From Eledone cirrhosa (Eukaryota), in the NCBI GenBank assembly GCA_964016885.1, contig OZ024741.1, forward strand, positions 400,458,001 through 400,522,000: a stretch of DNA of 64,000 bases, given 5' to 3'. A program made the translations under genes and the position numbers. Shown here piece after piece: positions 35,601 to 49,547 of this stretch (within the stretch, counting starts at the first letter, position 1; each line of letters opens with the position of its first letter). The notes beneath the pieces are model-generated. The model made no database searches, was not told the origin of the DNA, and saw only the letters and a list, made by a program, of their open reading frames with translations.

Positions 35601-38600
35601 GAAGGTCTTCAGAGAAGAAATTGTCAGGTGAGATGGACAACAGAAGGTCTTCAGAGAAGAAACTGTCAAGAGAGCTGGACAACAGAAGGTCTTCAGAGAA
35701 GAAATTGTCAAGAGAGCTGGACAACAGAAGGTCTTCAGAGAAGAAACTGTCAGGAGAGATGGACAACAGAAGGTCTTCAGAGAAGAATCTGTCAAGAGAG
35801 CTGGACAATAGAAGGTCTACAGTGAAGAAACTGTCAAGAGAGCTGGACAACAGAAGGTCTTCAGAGAAGAAACTGTCAGGAGAGATGAACAACAGAATGT
35901 CTTCAGAGAAGAAACTGTCAAGAGAGCTGGACAACAGAAGGTCTTCAGACAAGAAATTCTCAAGAGAGCTGGACAACAGAAGGTATTCAGAGAAGAAACT
36001 GTCAAGAGAGCTGGACAACAGAAGGTCTTCAGAAAAGAAACTGTCAGGAGAGCTGGGCATCAGAAGGTCTTCTGAAAGAAACTGTCATGAGAGATGGACA
36101 ATAGAAGGTATTCAGAGAAGAAACTGTCAAGAGAGCTGGGCAACAGAAGCTCTTCAGAGACGAAACTGTCAAGAGAGATGGACAACAGAAGGTCTTCAGA
36201 GAAGAAACTGTCAAGAGAGCTGGACAACAGAAGGTCTTCAGATGAGAAAGTGTGAGGAGAGATGGACAACAGAAGGTCTTCAGAGAAGAAACTGTCAAGC
36301 GAACTGGTAATCAGAAGGTCTTCAGTGAAAAAACTGTCAAGAGAGATGGACAACAGAAGGTCTTCAGAGAAGAAACTGTCAGGAGAGATGAACAACAGAA
36401 TGTCTTCAGAGAAGAAACTGTCAAGAGAGCTGGACAACAGAAGGTCTTCAGACAAGAAATTCTCAAGAGAGCTGGACAACAGAAGGTATTCAGAGAAGAA
36501 ACTGTCAAGAGAGCTGGACAACAGAAGGTCTTCAGAAAAGAAACTGTCAGGAGTGCTGGGCATCAGAAGGTCTTCTGAAAGAAACTGTCATGAGAGATGG
36601 ACAATAGAAGGTATTCAGAGAAGAAACTGTCAAGAGAGCTGGGCAACAGAAGCTCTTCAGAGACGAAAGTGTCAAGAGAGATGGACAACAGAAGGTCTTC
36701 AGAGAAGAAACTGTCAAGAGAGCTGGACAACAGAAGGTCTTCAGATGAGAAAGTGTGAGGAGAGATGGACAACAGAAGGTCTTCAGAGAAGAAACTGTCA
36801 AGCGAGCTGGTAATCAGAAGGTCTTCAGTGAAAAAACTGTCAAGAGAGATGGACAACAGAAGGTCTTCAGAGAAGAAACTGTCAGGAGAGATGAACAACA
36901 GAATGTCTTCAGAGAAGAAACTGTCAAGAGAGCTGGACAACAGAAGGTCTTCAGACAAGAAATTCTCAAGAGAGCTGGACAACAGAAGGTATTCAGAGAA
37001 GAAACTGTCAAGAGAGCTGGACAACAGAAGGTCTTCAGAAAAGAAACTGTCATGAGAGCTGGGAAGCAGAAGGTCTTCAGAAAGAAACTGTCATGAGAGA
37101 TGGACAACAGAAGGTATTCAGAGAAGAAACTGTCAAGAGAGCTGGACAATAGGTCATCAGAGAAGAAACTGTCATGAGAGATGGACAACAGAAGGTCTTA
37201 AGAGAAGAAACTTTCGGGAGAGATAGACAACAGATGGTCTTCAGAGAAGAAACTGTCAGGGGAGCTGGACAGTAGAAGGTCTTGAGAGACGAAACTGTCA
37301 AGGGAGCTGGACAACAGAAGGTCTTCAGAGAAGAAACTCTCGGTAGAGATCGACAACAGATGGTCTTCAGTGAAGAAACTGTCAGGAGAGCTGGACAGTA
37401 GAAGGTCTTCAGAGAAGAAACTCTAGGGGTAGCTGGACAACAGATGGTCTTCAGAGAAGAAACCCTCAAGAGAGATGGACAGTAGATGGTCTTCAGAGAA
37501 GCAACACTCTTGAGAGCTGGACAGTACAAGTTCTTCAGAGAAGAAACTCTCGGGAGAGATGGACAACAGAAAGTCTTCAGGCAAGAAACCCTCAAGTGAG
37601 CTGGATATTAGAAGTTCTTCAGTAAAGAAACTATCAGGAGAGCTGGACAACAGATGGTCTTCAGAGAAGAAACTGTCGGGAGAGATGGACAACAGAAGGT
37701 CTTCAGAGAAAAAACTCTCAGGAGAGCTGGACAACAGATGGTTTTCAAAGAAGAATCCCTCATGAGAGCTGGACAGTAGAAGGTCTTCAGAGAAGAAACT
37801 GTCAGGAGAGCTGGACAACATATGGTCTTCACAGAAGAAACCCTTAAGAGAGCTGGACAGTAGAAGGTCTTCAGAGAAGAAACTCTCGGGAGAGCTGGAC
37901 AACAGATGGTCTTCAGAGAAGAAACCATCAAGAGAGCTGCACAATGGAAGGTCTTCAGGGTAGTAACTGTCAGGAAGGCTGGACGACAGATGGTCTTCAG
38001 AGAAGAAACTCTCGGGTTGAGATGGGCAACAGATGGTCTTCGGAGAAGAAACTGTCAGGAGAGCTGGACAGTAGAAGGTCATCAGAGAAGTAACTCTAGG
38101 GGTAGCTGGACAACAGATGGTCTTCAGAGAAGAAACCCTCAAGAGAGCTGGACAGTAGAAAGTCTTCAGAGTAGAAACTGTCAAGAGAGCTGGACAACAG
38201 AAGGTCTTGAGAGAAGACACTGTCAGGAGAGATGGACAACAGATGGTCTTCAGAGAAGAAACTGTCAAGAGAGCTGGACAGCAGAAAGTCTTCAGAGAAG
38301 AAACTCTCGGGAGAGCTGGACAACAGATGGTCGTCAGAGAAGAAACCCTCAAGAGAGATGGACAGTAGAAAGTCTTCAGAGAAGAAACTGTCAGGAGAGC
38401 TGGACAACAGATGGTCTTCAGAGAAGAAACTCTCGGGAGAGCTGCACATTGGAGGGTATTCGGGCTAGAAACTCTCAGGAGAGTTGGATAACAGAAGGTC
38501 TTCAGAGAAGAAACTTTCGGGAGAGATAGACAATAGATGGTCTTCAGAGAAGAAACTGTCTGGGGAGCTGGACAGTAGGTCTTCAGAGAGAAACTGTCAG

Positions 38601-41600
38601 GAGAGATGGACAACAGATGGTCTTCAGAGAAGAAACGCTCGGGAGAGCTGGACAATGGAAGGTCTTCAGGGTAGAAACTGTCAGGAGAGCTGGACAACAG
38701 AGGGTCTTCAGAGAATAAACTGTCAACAGAGATGGACAACAGAAGTTCTTCAGAGAAGAAACTGTCAAGAGAGCTGGTCAACAGAAGGCGTTAAGAGAAG
38801 AAACTGTCAAGAGAGATGGACAACAGTAGGTATTTAGAGAAGAAACTGTCCAGAGAGCTGGACAACAGAAGGTCTTCATAGAAGAAACTGCCAGGAGAGA
38901 TGGATAACAGAAGGTCTTCAGAAAAGAAACTGTCAAGAGAGCTGGACAACAGAAGGTCTACAGTGAAGAAACTGTCAGGAGAGATGGACAACAGGTCTTC
39001 AGAGAAGAAACTGTCAAGAAAGCTGGACAACAGATGTCCAGAGAAGAAACTGTCAAGAGAGATGGACAACAGAAGGTCTTCAGAGAAGAAACTGTCAAGA
39101 GCGCTGGACAACAGAAGGTCTTCAGATGAGAAACTGTCAGGAGAGATGGACAACAGAAGGTCTTCAGAGAAGAAACTGTCAAGAGAGATGGACAACGAAG
39201 GTCTTCAGAGAAGAAACTGTCAAGAGAGCTGGACAACAGAAGGTCTTCAGAGAAGAAACTGTCAAGAGAGCTGGACAACAGAATGTCTTCAGAGAAGAAA
39301 CTGTCAAGAGAGCTGTGCAACAGAAGGTCTTCAGAGATGAAACTGTCATGAGAGATGGACAACAGAAGGTCTTCAGAGAAGAAACTGTAATGGGAGCTGG
39401 ACAACAGAAGATCTTCAGAGAAGAAACTGTCAAGAAAGCTGGACAACAGAAGGTCTTGAGAGAAGAAAATTTCTTGAGAGATAGACAACAGATGGTCTTG
39501 AGAGAAGAAACTGTCAGGGGAGCTGGACAGTAGGTCTTGAGAGACGAAACTGTCAAGAGAGCTGGACAACAGAAGGTCTTCAGAGAAGAAACTGCCAGGA
39601 GAGCTGGACAACAGAAGGTCTTCAGAGAAGAAACTCTCGGGACAGTGGACAACAGATGGTCTTCAGAGAAGAAACACTCGGGAGAGCTGGACAACAGATG
39701 GTCTTCAGAGAATAAACTGTCAAGAGAGATGGACAACAGATGGTCTTCAGAGAAGTAACTCTCGGGACAGATGGACAACAGATGGTCTTCAGAGAAGAAA
39801 CACTCGCGAGAGCTGGATAGTACAAGTTCTTCAGAGATGAAACTCTCGGGAGAGCTGGACAACAGAAAGTCTTCAGGGAAGAAACCCTCAAGAGAGCTGG
39901 ATATTAGAAGTTCTTCAGTAAAGAAACTATCATGAGAGCTGGACAACATATGGTCTTCAGAGAAGAAACTGTCGGGAGAGATGGACAACACAAGGTCTTC
40001 AGTTAAGAAACTCTCGGGAGAGATGGACAACAGATGGTCTTCAGATAAGAAACTGTCAGGGGAGCTGGACAGTAGGGCTTCAGAGAAGAATCTCTCGGGA
40101 GAGCTGGACAACAAAAAGGTCTTGAGAGAGAAACTGTCAGGAGAGATGCACAACAGATGGTCTTCAGAGAAGAAACGCTCGCGAGAGCTGGACAATGGAA
40201 GGTCTTCAGGGTAGAAACTGTCAGGAGAGCTGGACAACAGAAGTTCTTCAGAGAAGAAACTGTCAAGAGAGCTGGACAGTAGAAGGTCTTCAGAGAAGAA
40301 ACTGTCAAGAGAGCTGGTCAACAGAAGGCGTTAAGAGAAGAAACTGTCAAGCGAGATGGACAACAGAAGGTCTTTAGAGAAGAAACTGTCCAGAGAGCTG
40401 GACAACAGAAGGTCTTCATAGAAGAAACTGTCAGGAGAGCTGGACAACAGAAGGTCTACAGAGAAGAAACTGTCAGGAGAGATGGACAACAGAAGGTCTT
40501 CAGAGAAGAAACTGTGAAGAGAGCTGGACAACAGATGTTCAGAGAAGAAACTGTCAAGAGAGATGGACAACAGAAGGTCTTCAGAGAAGAAACTGTAAAG
40601 AGAGCTGGACACCAGAAGGTCTTCAGAAAAGAAGAAACACTCGGGAGAGCTGGACAACAGATGGTCTTCAGAGAAGAAACTGTCGGCAGAGCTGGACAAT
40701 GGAAGGTCTTCAGGTCAGAAACTGTCGGGAGAGCTGCACAACAGATGGTCTTCAGAGAAGAAACTGTCGGTAGAGCTGGACAATGGATGGTCTTCAGGTT
40801 AGAAACTGTCGGGGGAGCTGGACAGCAGAAGGTCTTCAGAGAAGAAACTCTCGGGAGAGATGGACAACAGATGTTCTTTAGAGAAGAAACTCTCGGGAGA
40901 GCTGCACATTGGAAGGTCTTTGGGCTAGAAACTGGCAGGAGTGCTGGACAACAGAAGGTCTTCAGAGAAGAAACTTTCGGGAGAGATAGACAACAGATGG
41001 TCTTCAGAGAAGAAACTGTCAGGGGAGCTGGACAGTAGAAGGTCTTGAGAGAAGAAACTGTCAAGATAGATGGACAACAGAAGGTCTTCAGAGAAGAAAC
41101 TGCCAGGAGAGCTGGACAGTACAAGTTCTTCAGAGAAGAAACTCTCGGGAGAGCTGGACAACAGAAAGTCTTCAGGAAAGAAACCCTCAAGAGAGCTGGA
41201 CATTAGAAGTTCTTCAGTAAAGAAACTATGAGGAGAGCTGGACAACAGATGGTCTTCAGAGAAGAAACTGTCGGGAGAGCTGGACAACACAAGGTCTTCA
41301 GAGAAGAAACTCTCGGGAGAGATGGACAACAGATGGTCTTCAGATAAGAAACTGTCAGGGGAGCTGGACAGTAGAAGGTCTTCAGAGAAGAATCTCTAGG
41401 GAGAGCTGGACAACAAAAAGGTCTTGAGAGAGAAACTGTCAGGAGAGATGGACAACAGATGGTCTTCAGAGAAGAAACTGTCAAGAGAGATGGACAACAG
41501 AAGTTCTTCAGAGAAGAAACTGTCAAGAGAGCTGGTCAACAGAAGGTGTTAAGAGAAGAAACTGTCAAGAGAGATGGACAACAGAAGGTCTTCAGAGATG

Positions 41601-44600
41601 AATCTGTCAGGAGAGATGGACAACAGAAGGTCTTCAGAAAATAAACTGGCAAGAGAGCTGGACAACAGATGTTCATAGAAGAAACTGTCAAGAGAGATGG
41701 ACAACAGAAGGTCTTCAGAGAAGAAACTGTCAAGAGAGCTGGACAACAGATGTTCATAGAAGAAACTGTCAAGAGAGATGGACAACAGAAGGTCTTCAGA
41801 GAAGAAACTGTCAGGAGAGATGGACAACAGACGGTCTTCAGAGAAGAAACTGTCAAGAGAGCTGGACAACAGTAGGTCTTCAGAGAAGAAACTGTCAAGA
41901 GTGATGGACAACAGATGGTCTTCAGAGAAGAAACTCTCGGGACAGATGGACAACAAATGGTCTTCAGAGGAGAAACACCCGGGAGAGCTGGACAACAGAT
42001 GGTCTTTAGAGAAGCAACACTCAAGAGAGCTGGACAGTACAAGTTCTTCAGAGAAGAAACTCTCGGGAGAGCTGGACAACAGAAAGTCTTCAGGGAAGAA
42101 ACCCTAAAGAGAGCTGGATATTAGAAGTTCTTCAGTAAAGAAACTATCAGGAGAGCTGGACAACAGATGGTCTTCAGAGAAGAAACTGTCGTGAGAGCTG
42201 GACAACACAAGGTCTTCAGAGAAGAAACTCTCGGGAGAGATGGACAGCAGATGGTCTTCAGATAGGAAACTGTCAGGGGAGCTGGACAGTAGGACTTCAG
42301 AGAAGAATCTCTCGGGAGAGCTGGACAACAAAAAGGTCTTGGGAGAGAAACTGTCAGGAGAGATGGGCAACAGAAGTTCCTCAGAGAAGAAACTGTCAAG
42401 AGAGCTGGACAACAGATTGTTCAGAGAAGAAACTGTCAAGAGAGATGGTCAACAGAAGGTCTTCAGAGAAGAAACTGTCAAGAGAGCTGGACAACAGAAG
42501 GTCTTCAGATAAGAAACTGTCAGGAGAGATGGTCAACAGAAGGTCTTCAGAGAAGAAACTGTCAAGAGAGATGGACAACAGAAGGTCTTCAGATAAGAAA
42601 CTGCCAGGAGAGATGGACAACAGAAGGTCTTCAGAGAAGAAACTGTCAAGAGAGCTGGACACCAGAATGTCTTCAGAAAAGAAGAAACACTCGGGAGAGC
42701 TGGACAACAGAAGGTCTTCAGAGAAGAAACTGTCGGGAGAGATGGACAACAGATGGTCTTCAGAGAAGAAACTCTCGGGAGAGCTGCACATTGGAAAGTC
42801 TTCGGGCTAGAAAGTGTCAGGAGAGCTGGACAACAGAAGGTCTTCAGAGAAGAAACAGCCAGGAGAGCTGGACAACAGAAGGTCTTCAGAGAAGAAATTG
42901 TCAGGAGAGCTGGACAACAGATGTTCATAGAAGAAGCTGTCAAGAGAGATGGACAACAGAAGGTCTTCAAAGAAGAGACTGTCAGGAGAGATGGACAACA
43001 GAAGGTCTTCAGAGAAGAAACTGTCAAGAGAGCTTGACAACAGTAGGTCTTCAGAGAAGAAACTGTCAAGAGAGCTGGACAACAGATGTTCATATAAGAA
43101 ACTGTCATGAGAGCTGGACAACGGAAGATCTTGAGAGAAGAAACTGTCAAGAGAGCATGACAACAGAAGGTCTTCAGAGAAGAAACTGTCAGGAGAGAGG
43201 GACAACAGAAGGTCTTCAGAGAAGAAACTGTCAAGAGAGCTTGACAACAGTAGGTCTTCAGAGAAGAAACTGTCAAGAGAGATGGACAACAGAAGGTCTT
43301 CAGAGAAGAAACTGTCAAGAGAGCTGGTCAACAGATGTTCATAGAAAAACTGTCAAGAGAGCCGGACAACAGAAGGTCTTCAGAGAAGAAATAGTCAAGA
43401 GAGCTGGACAACAGAAGGTCTTCAGAAATGAAACTGTCAAAAGAGATGGACAACAGATGGTCTTCAGAGAAGAAACTCTCGGGAGAGCTGCACATTGGAA
43501 AGTCTTCGGGCTAGAAACTGTCAGAAGAGCTGGACAACAGAAGGTCTTCAGAGAAAAAACTTTCGGGAGAGATAGACAACAGATGGTCTTCAGAGAAGAA
43601 ACTGTCAGGGGAGCTGGACAGTAGAAGGTCTTGAGAGACGAAACTGTCAAGAGAGCTGGACAACAGAAGGTCTTCAGAGAAGAAACAGCCAGGAGAGCTG
43701 GACAACAGAAGGTCTTCAGAGAAGAAATTGTCAGGAGAGCTGGACAACAGAAGGTCTTCAGAGAAAACACTGTTAAGAGAGATGGAGAACAGATGGTCTT
43801 CAGAGAAGAAATACTCGGGAGAGCTGGAAAACAAATGGTCTTCAGAGAAGCAACACTCAAGAGAGCTGGACAGTACAAGTTCTTCAGAGAAGAAACTCCC
43901 GGGAGAGCTGGACAACAGAAAGTCTTCAGGGATGAAACCCTCAAGAGAGCTGGACATTAGAAGTTCTTCAGTAAAGAAACTATCAGGAGAGCTGGACAAC
44001 AGATGGTCTTCAGAGAAGAAACTGCCGGGAGAGCTGGACAACACAAGGTCTTCAGAGAAGAAACTCTCGGGAGAGATGTACAACAGATGGTCTTCAGATA
44101 AGAAACTGTCAGGGGAGCTGGACAGTAGAAGGTCTTCAGAGAAGAATCTCTCGGGAGAGCTGGACAACAAAAAGGTCTTGAGAGAGAAACTGTCAGGAGA
44201 GATGGACAACAGATGGTCTTCAGAGAAGAACCGCTCGGGAGAGCTGGACAATGGAAGGTCTTCAGGGTAGAAACTGTCAGGAGAGCTGGACAACAGATGG
44301 TCTTCAGAGAAGAAACTGTCAAGAGAGATGGACAACAGAAAGCGTTAAGAGAAGAAACTGTCAAGAGAGATGGACAACAGAAGGTCTTTAGAGAAGAAAC
44401 TGTCCAGAGAGCTGGACAACAGAAGGTCTTCAGAGAAGAATCTGTCAGGAGAGATGGACAACAGAAGGTCTTCAGAAAATAAACTGTCAAGAGAGCTGGA
44501 CAACAAAGGTCTACAGAGAAGAAACTGTCAGGAGAGATAGACAACAGAAAGTCTTCAGAGAAGAAACTGTCAAGAGAGCTGGACAACAGATGTTCATAGA

Positions 44601-47600
44601 AGAAACTGTCAAGAGAGATGGACAACAGAAGGTCTTCAGAGAAGAAACTGTCAGGAGAGATGGACAACAGACGGTCTTCAGAGAAGAAACTGTCAAGAGA
44701 GCTGGACAACAGTAGGTCTTCAGAGAAGAAACTGTCAAGTGTGATGGACAACAGATGGTCTTCAGAGAAGAAACTCTCGGGACAGATGGACAACAAATGG
44801 TCTTCAGAGAAGAAACACCCGGGAGAGCTGGACAACAGATGGTCTTTAGAGAAGCAACACTCAAGAGAGCTGGACAGTACAAGTTCTTCAGAGAAGAAAC
44901 TCTCGGGAGAGCTGGACAACAGAAAGTCTTCAGGGAAGAAACCCTAAAGAGAGCTGGATATTAGAAGTTCTTCAGTAAAGAAACTATCAGGAGAGCTGGA
45001 CAACAGATGGTCTTCAGAGAAGAAACTGTCGTGAGAGCTGGACAACACAAGGTCTTCAGAGAAGAAACTCTCGGGAGAGATGGACAGCAGATGGTCTTCA
45101 GATAGGAAACTGTCAGGGAAGCTGGACAGTAGGTCTTCAGAGAAGAATCTCTCGGGAGAGCTGGACAACAAAAAGGTCTTGGGAGAGAAACTGTCAGGAG
45201 AGATGGGCAACAGAAGTTCCTCAGAGAAGAAACTGTCAAGAGAGCTGGACAACAGATTGTTCAGAGAAGAAACTGTCAAGAGAGATGGTCAACAGAAGGT
45301 CTTCAGAGAAGAAACTGTCAAGAGAGCTGGACAACAGAAGGTCTTCAGATAAGAAACTGTCAGGAGAGATGGTCAACAGAAGGTCTTCAGAGAAGAAACT
45401 GTCAAGAGAGATGGACAACAGAAGGTCTTCAGATAAGAAACTGCCAGGAGAGATGGACAACAGAAGGTCTTCAGAGAAGAAACTGTCAAGAGAGCTGGAC
45501 ACCAGAATGTCTTCAGAAAAGAAGAAACACTCGGGAGAGCTGGACAACAGAAGGTCTTCAGAGAAGAAACTGTCGGGAGAGCTGGACAATGGAAGGTCTT
45601 CAGGTTAGAAACTGTCGGGAGAGCTGGACAGCAGAAGGTCTTCAGAGAAGAAACTCTCGGGAGAGATGGACAACAGATGGTCTTCAGAGAAGAAACTCTC
45701 GGGAGAGCTGCACATTGGAAAGTCTTCGGGCTAGAAAGTGTCAGGAGAGCTGGACAACAGAAGGTCTTCAGAGAAGAAACAGCCAGGAGAGCTGGACAAC
45801 AGAAGGTCTTCAGAGAAGAAATTGTCAGGAGAGCTGGACAACAGATGTTCATAGAAGAAGCTGTCAAGAGAGATGGACAACAGAAGGTCTTCAAAGAAGA
45901 GACTGTCAGGAGAGATGGACAACAGAAGGTCTTCAGAGAAGAAACTGTCAAGAGAGCTTGACAACAGTAGGTCTTCAGAGAAGAAAATGTCAAGAGAGCT
46001 GGACAACAGATGTTCATAGAAGAAACTGTCATGAGAGCTGGACAACGGAAGATCTTGAGAGAAGAAACTGTCAAGAGAGCATGACAACAGAAGGTCTTCA
46101 GAGAAGAAACTGTCAGGAGAGAGGGACAACAGAAGGTCTTCAGAGAAGAAACTGTCAAGAGAGCTTGACAACAGTAGGTCTTCAGAGAAGAAACTGTCAA
46201 GAGAGATGGACAACAGAAGGTCTTCAGAGAAGAAACTGTCAAGAGAGCTGGACAACAGATGTTCATAGAAAAACTGTCAAGAGAGCTGGACAACAGAAGG
46301 TCTTCAGAGAAGAAATAGTCAAGAGAGCTGGACAACAGAAGGTCTTCAGAAATGAAACTGTCAAAAGAGATGGACAACAGATGGTCTTCAGAGAAGAAAC
46401 TCTCGGGAGAGCTGCACATTGGAAAGTCTTCGGGCTAGAAACTGTCAGAAGAGCTGGACAACAGAAGGTCTTCAGAGAAAGAACTTTCGGGAGAGATAGA
46501 CAACAGATGGTCTTCAGAGAAGAAACTGTCAGGGGAGCTGGACAGTAGAAGGTCTTAAGAGACGAAACTGTCAAGAGAGCTGGACAACAGAAGGTCTTCA
46601 GAGAAGAAACAGCCAGGAGAGCTGGACAACAGAAGGTCTTCAGAGAAGAAATTGTCAGGAGAGCTGGACAACAGAAGGTCTTCAGAGAAAACACTGTTAA
46701 GAGAGATGGAGAACAGATGGTCTTCAGAGAAGAAATACTCGGGAGAGCTGGAAAACAAATGGTCTTCAGAGAAGCAACACTCAAGAGAGCTGGACAGTAC
46801 AAGTTCTTCAGAGAAGAAACTCTCGGGAGAGCTGGACAACAGAAAGTCTTCAGGGATGAAACCCTCAAGAGAGCTGGACATTAGAAGTTCTTCAGTAAAG
46901 AAACTATCAGGAGAGCTGGACAACAGATGGTCTTCAGAGAAGAAACTGCCGGGAGAGCTGGACAACACAAGGTCTTCAGAGAAGAAACTCTCGGGAGAGA
47001 TGTACAACAGATGGTCTTCAGATAAGAAACTGTCAGGGGAGCTGGACAGTAGAAGGTCTTCAGAGAAGAATCTCTCGGGAGAGCTGGACAACAAAAAGGT
47101 CTTGAGAGAGAAACTGTCAGGAGAGATGGACAACAGATGGTCTTCAGAGAAGAACCGCTCGGGAGAGCTGGACAATGGAAGGTCTTCAGGGTAGAAACTG
47201 TCAGGAGAGCTGGACAACAGATGGTCTTCAGAGAAGAAACTGTCAAGAGAGATGGACAACAGAAGGCGTTAAGAGAAGAAACTGTCAAGAGAGATGGACA
47301 ACAGAAGGTCTTTAGAGAAGAAACTGTCCAGAGAGCTGGACAACAGAAGGTCTTCAGAGAAGAATCTGTCAGGAGAGATGGACAACAGAAGGTCTTCAGA
47401 AAATAAACTGTCAAGAGAGCTGGACAACAAAGGTCTACAGAGAAGAAACTGTCAGGAGAGATAGACAACAGAAAGTCTTCAGAGAAGAAACTGTCAAGAG
47501 AGCTGGACAACAGATGTTCATAGAAGAAACTGTCAAGAGAGATGGACAACACAAGGTCTACAGAGAAGAAACTGTCAGGAGAGATAGACAACAGAAAGTC

Positions 47601-49547
47601 TTCAGAGAAGAAACTGTCAAGAGAGCTGGACAACAGATGTTCATAGAAAAAGCTGTCAAGAGAGATGGACAACAGAAGGTCTTCAAAGAGACTGTCAGGA
47701 GAGATGGGCAACAGACGGTCTTCAGAGAAGAAACTGTCAAGATAGCTGGACAACAGTAGGTCTTCAGAGAAGAAACTGTCAGGAGAGATGGACAACAGAA
47801 GGTCTTCAGAAAATAAAGTGTCAAGAGAGCTGGACCACAGAAGGTCTACAGAGAAGAAACTGTCAGGAGAGATGGACAACAGAAGGTCTTCAGAGAAGAA
47901 ACTGTCAAGAGAGCTTGACAACAGTAGGTCTTCAGAGAAGAAACTGTCAAGAGAGCTGGACAGTAGAAGGTCTTCAGAGAAGAAACTGTCAGGAGAGATG
48001 GACAACAGAATGTCTTCAGAGAAGAAACTGTCAAGCGAGCTGGAAAACAGAATGTCTTCAGAGAAGAAACTGTCAAGAGAGCTGGACAACAGATGGTCTT
48101 TAGAGAAGAAACCCTCAAGAGAGCTGGACAGTAGAGGGTCTTCAGAGAAGAAACTGTCAGGAGAGCTGGACAGCAGATGGTCTTCAGAAAAGAAACTCTC
48201 GGGAGAGATGGGCAACAGAAGGTCTTCAGAGAATAAACTGTCGGGAGAGCTAGACAACAGAATGTCTTGAGAGAAGAAACTGTCAGAGAAGAAACTGTCA
48301 AGAGAGCTACAGCAGAAGATCTTCAGAGAAGAAACTCTTGGGAGAGCTGGGCAGCAGAAGGTCTTCAGAAAGAAACTGTCATGAGAGATGGACAATAGAA
48401 GGTATTCAGAGAAGAGACTGTCAAGAGAGCTGGGCAACAGAATCACTTCAGAGACGAAACTGTCAAAAGAGATGGACAACAGAAGGTCTTCAGGTAAGAA
48501 ACTGTCAAGAGAGATGGACAACAGAAGGCCTTCAGAGAAAAACTGTCAAGAGAGATGGACAACAGAAGGTCGTCAGAGAAGAAACTGTCATGAGAGATGA
48601 ACAATAGAAGGTATTCAGAGAAGAAACTCTCGGGAGAGCTGGACAACAGAAGGTCTTCAGAGATGAAACTGTCAGGAGAGCTGGACAACAGAAGGTCTTC
48701 AGAGAAGATACTCTCGGGAGAGATGGACAACAGATGGTCTTCAGAGAAGAAACTGTCAAGAGAGCTGGACAACAGAAGGTCTTCAGAGAAGAAATTATCA
48801 AGAGAGCTGGACAACAGAAGGTCTTCAGAGAAGAAACTGTCAAGAGAGCTGGACAACAGAAGTTCTTCAGAAAAGAAACTGTCAGGAGAGCTGGGCAGCA
48901 GAAGGTCTTCAGAAAGAAACTGTCATGAGAGATGGACAATAGAAGGTATTCAGAGAAGAAACTGTCAAGAGAGCTGGGCAACAGAAGCTCTTCAGAGAAG
49001 AAACTGTCAGGTGAGCTGGACAACAGATGGTATTCAGAGAAGAAACTCTCGGGAGAGCTGGACAATGGAAGGTCTTCAGGTTAGAAACTTTCATGTGAGC
49101 TGGACAACAGAAGGTCTTCAGAGAAGAAACTTTCGGGAGAGATGGACAACAGATGGTCTTCAGAGAAGAAACTGTCACGAGAGCTAGATAATAGAAGGTC
49201 TTCTGAGGAGAAACTCTCGGGAGAGCTGGTCAACAGAAAGTCTTTAGAGAAGAAAGTGTGAGGAGATCTGGACAACAGAAGGTCTTCCGAGAAGAAACTC
49301 TCAAGAGAGCTGGACAGTAGAAGGTCTTCATAGAAGAAACTGTCAGGAGAGTTGGACAACAGATGGTCTTCAGAGAAGAAACCCTCAAGTGAGCTGGACA
49401 GTAGAAGGTCTTCAGAGAAGAAACTGTCTGGAGAGCTGGACAGCAGATGGTCATCAGAGAAGAAACTCTCGGGAGAGCTGGACAATGGAAGGTCTTCAGA
49501 GAAGACACTGTTAGGAGAGCTGGTCAGCAGAAGGTTTTCAGAGAAGG
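14690..49547. repeat. ~35-kb satellite array, 42-bp monomer (~830 copies), with higher-order duplications
   Basis: Consensus gagaagaaactgtcaagagagctggacaacagaaggtcttca; 14-aa repeats in all frames; shorter (39-41 bp) variant monomers present. Confidence 0.98.

Noticed and set aside
14690-49547. Satellite as a CRISPR array
   Set aside because: Contiguous monomers without unique spacers, no cas genes, eukaryotic context
14690-49547. Satellite monomer as a hammerhead ribozyme repeat
   Set aside because: CTGAAGA lies on the minus strand and GAAAC on the plus strand, so no single-strand core forms
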